In this document: in pieces, positions 60,254 to 64,000 of the stretch | How positions within the stretch are numbered: position 1 is the first letter of the stretch | Layout: each line of letters starts with the position of its first letter | From: Candidatus Poribacteria bacterium | Lineage (GTDB): Bacteria; Poribacteria; WGA-4E; WGA-3G | Direction: 5' to 3' | Assembly: GCA_965205015.1 (NCBI GenBank) | Contig: OZ242029.1 | Span: 2,368,001 to 2,432,000, forward strand | DNA: 64,000 nucleotides | Program-made: the position numbers and the translations under genes | The notes under the pieces: generated by a model | Database searches by the model: none | The model's input: the letters and a program-made list of their open reading frames with translations, nothing else | Told to the model about the DNA's origin: nothing

Positions 60254-61342
60254 ATGAAATTTCTAAAAACACGTATCCTTATTGGTGTAGCTGCTTTCAT
60301 CCTCTCGTTTATGCAAATAGAATCCTTTGCGGATGAGGAGTGGCAACGGATAACGCAACTTCCCACCAAGAGATGGGAATTCGCGACTGCAGTCGTAGAG
60401 GATAAGATTTATCTCATCGGTGGCAGTCTCTTTGAAAACCGTGGGGGTCCCTTTGGACTTTCAACTGTGGAGATCTATGACACGCAAACCAACACGTGGC
60501 AGAGAGGCGCAGATATGCCAACGCCGCGCACGAATGCAAAAGCGGCTGTCGTCAATGGCACGATCTATGTCTTTGGCGGGTATAATTCAAAAGACCGATT
60601 CCTTCAGAATTGGAAAATGGCGGATCACGTAGAAGCATACGATCCACGCACAGATACATGGACCCGGAAAAGGAAGATGCCGATTTCTCGCTTCTACTTC
60701 GGTCTGGGTGTGGTTGCTGGAAAAGTCTATCTCATTGGGGGAACAACAGGTCTGGGTGAGGGACAGGAACAACGGATGGACCGCGTTGACATTTATGATC
60801 CTGCCACGGATACGTGGGCGAAGGGTCGCAAAATGCCGACCCGGCGCGATCCAGGGGGTGTGGCGGTTGTCAGCGATCGTATTTATGTCATGGGTGGAGA
60901 AGGATGGCCACTCCCTCAAGAGTGGGGAGCAGGTGAGTTTCTGGGGAGCATTGAGGAATATGACCCGATAAACCGTCAATGGGAAAAAAAGAAGGATCTG
61001 TTAGAACTCAAAAATTGGTTCTCAAGTGTTGTTGTTGAGGGTGCCATCTATCTGATTGGGGGTTACACACGCGAAGGGGGCTTGCAGGAAGTCGCAACTG
61101 TGAATGTATATTATCCACGGACGGAGATGTGGCGGGAGATTTCAGCATTGCCAAACCCTCTTGGCACTTTTGATGCAGCGACGGTCAACGGAAAGATTTA
61201 TGTCTTCGGAAGTCTTGGGGCAGGTGCGCGATTTTCTACAGACGTTCTCGTCTACGATATCGGCTTTCGTGCCGTCGAAGCAACAGGTAAGTTCCCGACA
61301 CGCTGGGGTGAACTCAAAGCAGATAGAAAAGTCTCTTTCTGA
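60254..61342 (+). CDS. Secreted Kelch-repeat protein
   Basis: Six IY(L/V)xGG..YDP..W-type repeats; C-terminal AVEATGKFPTRWGELK. Confidence 0.92.
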   Translation: MKFLKTRILIGVAAFILSFMQIESFADEEWQRITQLPTKRWEFATAVVEDKIYLIGGSLFENRGGPFGLSTVEIYDTQTNTWQRGADMPTPRTNAKAAVVNGTIYVFGGYNSKDRFLQNWKMADHVEAYDPRTDTWTRKRKMPISRFYFGLGVVAGKVYLIGGTTGLGEGQEQRMDRVDIYDPATDTWAKGRKMPTRRDPGGVAVVSDRIYVMGGEGWPLPQEWGAGEFLGSIEEYDPINRQWEKKKDLLELKNWFSSVVVEGAIYLIGGYTREGGLQEVATVNVYYPRTEMWREISALPNPLGTFDAATVNGKIYVFGSLGAGARFSTDVLVYDIGFRAVEATGKFPTRWGELKADRKVSF

Positions 61343-61386
61343 ACAACCTTAGGTCAAACGCACGCTTTTTACACGAAAAAGGAGGT

Positions 61387-61425
61387 GGGCTTTCATCCCC
61401 ACGCTAAAGCATGGGGTTCCAGCCC
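61387..61425. repeat. IS200/IS605-end-like palindromic mini-element in the WD40 gene leader
   Basis: gggct..ccccacgctaaagcatgggg..agccc nested hairpin. Confidence 0.55.
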
Positions 61426-61435
61426 GAAAACTTTG

Positions 61436-63490
61436 ATGAAAAATGCAATTGTTAATCGAAAAAGCCTGGTAGTGATTTTAGGTGTTGTGTTGATAGGCAT
61501 CGGCGCGCAGGGCATCAGTTATGGTCAGGCTACGGACGAATATCCCCCGTCATCACGTATTTCCCTACTCAGGGACGGAATTAAAGCAACCCTTGCATGG
61601 CAAGGAGGCGGAGTAATAGTTTATTCTACAAGAAACCAAAGGACTGATTCTGTCGATTCAGTCCGCAACTCTAAATGGCAGAGGCGAGAGGATTCAACGA
61701 GCCCTTGGGTTGATGTTCCTGATTCAGAAAAAGCGACCGGATTATACGGCTATGTAGTAACGCTTCCCGGTGAATATAGATGGGTTGGCGAGATTAAAGT
61801 GGAGGGTGTGTGGGGAAAATACAGCAGCAGGAATATTCTTCTGCTCGCGCCAGAAGGAACAGTGACGAGCATTCCAGCAGGAGCAGAGGATGTCCCGAGC
61901 GACCCACACAAGCTAGCAGTTGAGGGGCATACGGATTATGTCCTTGCCGTAGCGTTCTCTCCCGATGGTCGCACGTTAGCGAGTGGGAGTGCGGACCAGA
62001 CGATTCGGTTGTGGGACACGGACACTGGCGAACACAAGCTGACACTTGAGAGGCATAGGCATGGTGTCACTTGCGTAGCATTCTCCTCCGATGATCGCAC
62101 ATTGGCGAGTGGGAGTTGGGACGATACGATTCGGTTGTGGGATGTTCACACCGGCGAACACCTACAGATCCTTGAGGAGCATACGGATGGTGTCCGTTCC
62201 GTAGTGTTCTCTCCTGATGGTCGCATATTGGCGAGTGGGGGTTATGACAATATACTTCGGTTGTGGGATGTTCACACCGGTGAACACAAGCCGGCACTTG
62301 AAGGGCATACGGATTATATCCGTTCTGTGGTGTTTTCTCCCGATGGTCGCACGTTAGCGAGTGGGAGTTATGACCGGACGATTCGGTTGTGGGATGCTGA
62401 AACCGGACAACACAAATTGACACTTGAAGGGCATACGGATGGTGTCCTTACTGTAGCGTTCTCTCCCGATGGTCGCACGTTAGCGAGTGGGAGTTATGAC
62501 CGGACGATTCGGTTATGGGATGTGGAAACCGGGCAACACTTGGAGACCCTTGAAGGGCATACGAGTAATGTCCTGTCCGTAGTGTTCTCTCCTGATGGTC
62601 ACACGCTGGCGAGTGGGGGTGAGGACAATACATTTCTGTTGTATGACGATACGATTCGGTTGTGGGATGCGAAAACCGGGCAATATCTTGAGACGTTTAG
62701 AGGGCATACGGATGGTGTCGCTTCCGTGGCTTTCTCTCGGGATGGTCGCACGCTGGCGAGTGGGAGTTATGACAAGACGATTCAGCTCTGGGAACTGGTA
62801 CCCGCCATGCCCGCCGACGAACCAGCCCATCAGGTGTCGGAACCTACACCCGTCACGCCCACCGACGAACCAGTCCAACTCGCAGGCGATCTCAACGCCG
62901 ACGGTGTTGTTAATATCCAGGATCTCGTCCTCGTTGCGTCGCAGTTCGGGCAATCTGGGCAGAATACGGCGGACATCAATGAAGATGGTGTCGTCAACAT
63001 TCAAGATTTGGTCTTGGTGGCAGGGGCGTTCGATACGACTACGTCGGCACCCGCTGCACATCCACAACTCCTTGAGACGCTCCCTGCAAGAGAAGTCCAG
63101 AGGTGGTTGCTCGGCGCAAAGGAACTCGAACATAAAGATGCAACGATGGCAAAAGGAATCGTGGTGCTTAAAGACCTCTTAGCACTTCTGACCCCAGCAG
63201 AAACCGCCTTATTGCACAACTACCCGAACCCGTTCAACCCGGAGACGTGGATCCCCTACCAGTTAAAAACACCCGCAGCGGTTCGCATTGCTATTTACAA
63301 TCCGCGTGGCGTTCTGGTCCGTGAACTATCGCTCGGGTATCAGGCAGCGGGTCGGTATACTTCGCGCGCCCGTGCAGCGTATTGGGATGGCCGGAATACA
63401 GTCGGCGAACCGGTCGCCAGTGGTCTGTATTTTTACACACTTACCGCCGGGGATTTCTCAGCAACGCGGCGAATGGTGATTTTGAAGTAG
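61436..63490 (+). CDS. Secreted WD40 (7 repeats) + dockerin + T9SS-like/FlgD-Ig C-terminal domain protein
   Basis: GH..V..V.FSPDG..LASG..D.TIRLWD x7; DLNADGVVNIQDL x2; NYPNPFNPETW..ASGLYFY..RRMVILK. Confidence 0.92.
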   Translation: MKNAIVNRKSLVVILGVVLIGIGAQGISYGQATDEYPPSSRISLLRDGIKATLAWQGGGVIVYSTRNQRTDSVDSVRNSKWQRREDSTSPWVDVPDSEKATGLYGYVVTLPGEYRWVGEIKVEGVWGKYSSRNILLLAPEGTVTSIPAGAEDVPSDPHKLAVEGHTDYVLAVAFSPDGRTLASGSADQTIRLWDTDTGEHKLTLERHRHGVTCVAFSSDDRTLASGSWDDTIRLWDVHTGEHLQILEEHTDGVRSVVFSPDGRILASGGYDNILRLWDVHTGEHKPALEGHTDYIRSVVFSPDGRTLASGSYDRTIRLWDAETGQHKLTLEGHTDGVLTVAFSPDGRTLASGSYDRTIRLWDVETGQHLETLEGHTSNVLSVVFSPDGHTLASGGEDNTFLLYDDTIRLWDAKTGQYLETFRGHTDGVASVAFSRDGRTLASGSYDKTIQLWELVPAMPADEPAHQVSEPTPVTPTDEPVQLAGDLNADGVVNIQDLVLVASQFGQSGQNTADINEDGVVNIQDLVLVAGAFDTTTSAPAAHPQLLETLPAREVQRWLLGAKELEHKDATMAKGIVVLKDLLALLTPAETALLHNYPNPFNPETWIPYQLKTPAAVRIAIYNPRGVLVRELSLGYQAAGRYTSRARAAYWDGRNTVGEPVASGLYFYTLTAGDFSATRRMVILK

Positions 63491-63496
63491 CGGCGT

Positions 63497-63638
63497 TAAC
63501 TGAAAACTAATTTTTACATTTTTTTCAGATTATGCACAGTTCGTATTCTAAAAATGTGTCTTTAATAATAGAAGAGGGTCTCTTGCTGAACACTTTTAGG
63601 TTGAACACACGTTTTTTAGACGAAAAAGGAGAGAAAAA
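63497..63638 (+). promoter_or_regulatory. Conserved ~140-bp leader, copy 2
   Basis: Near-identical to 60112-60253. Confidence 0.8.
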
Positions 63639-64000
63639 ATGAGACACCTGCACATCTTGATATGCCTCTTTATGCTCGTGCTATTGCCATTGCGTGCTCA
63701 TGCATTCCCACCTGCTTCACCCGCAGGGGGTAACTATTTAGTCCTTGACGGGGTGGACGACTACGCTGTTTTGGATTTTAAAACCCATGGTCTACTCTTT
63801 CCAAAAGACACGGACGAGTTTACCGTCGAAATGTGGGTATATCCAACCACACCGCCTGACAATAGTAATACATTCACAACGATTCTCAGCCAACAGGTGC
63901 GGATATGTATTGAGGAGGATACTGATGCGGGAGATTTAATCTTCAGGCTCCAAGCGCATCTTCCTATTGCGAAAGGGCAAGCTACGACTCCCTACGCACC
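63639..64000 (+). CDS. Secreted LamG-like protein, truncated by the window end (not in the ORF track)
   Basis: MRHLHILICLFMLVLLPLRAHA signal peptide; LVLDGVDDYA, FTVEMWVYP; aaggag RBS. Confidence 0.8.
   Translation, partial: MRHLHILICLFMLVLLPLRAHAFPPASPAGGNYLVLDGVDDYAVLDFKTHGLLFPKDTDEFTVEMWVYPTTPPDNSNTFTTILSQQVRICIEEDTDAGDLIFRLQAHLPIAKGQATTPYA

Noticed and set aside
60112-63638. Integron attC cassette array
   Set aside because: The repeats are upstream leaders with promoter and RBS, I see no attC core-site structure, and there is no integrase in the window
63745-63939. 64-aa ORF from the track
   Set aside because: Out of frame within the LamG-like gene starting at 63639

Overview
Bacterial chromosomal window, most likely from Candidatus Poribacteria or a similar sponge symbiont. 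This is an inference from multiple PhyH dioxygenases, LamG/TPR/WD40/Kelch/NHL/CRTAC1 proteins, a dockerin plus T9SS-like C-terminal domain and GTAG-type REPs. Layout from left to right: (1) an IS200/IS605 TnpB with intact right end and yyaL; (2) a ~12 kb defence island built on a type III-like res/mod pair, with a frameshifted mod and cargo of ParA+HEPN, Mrr-like nuclease, OLD-like ABC-ATPase/TOPRIM, DUF4325 and an ATPase+nuclease pair; (3) metabolic genes with a complete ISAs1 element; (4) secreted repeat proteins; (5) a ~14 kb minus-strand envelope cluster; (6) DUF1800/DUF1501/NHL; (7) an array of secreted proteins sharing a conserved leader. The envelope cluster holds an ECF sigma factor fused via a TM helix to a selenoprotein N (SELENON)-like domain with Cys at the Sec position, two paralogous TonB-dependent receptors, two TolB-like proteins and five tandem lipocalin-like lipoprotein paralogues. 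The strongest candidate novel system is the sigma-SelN fusion, together with a promoter-like motif TGCA(CA/AC)-N19-GTC found twice in front of its own gene and in front of three secreted-protein genes. No rRNA, tRNA or CRISPR array was seen. All family assignments are motif recognition by eye; no searches were run.
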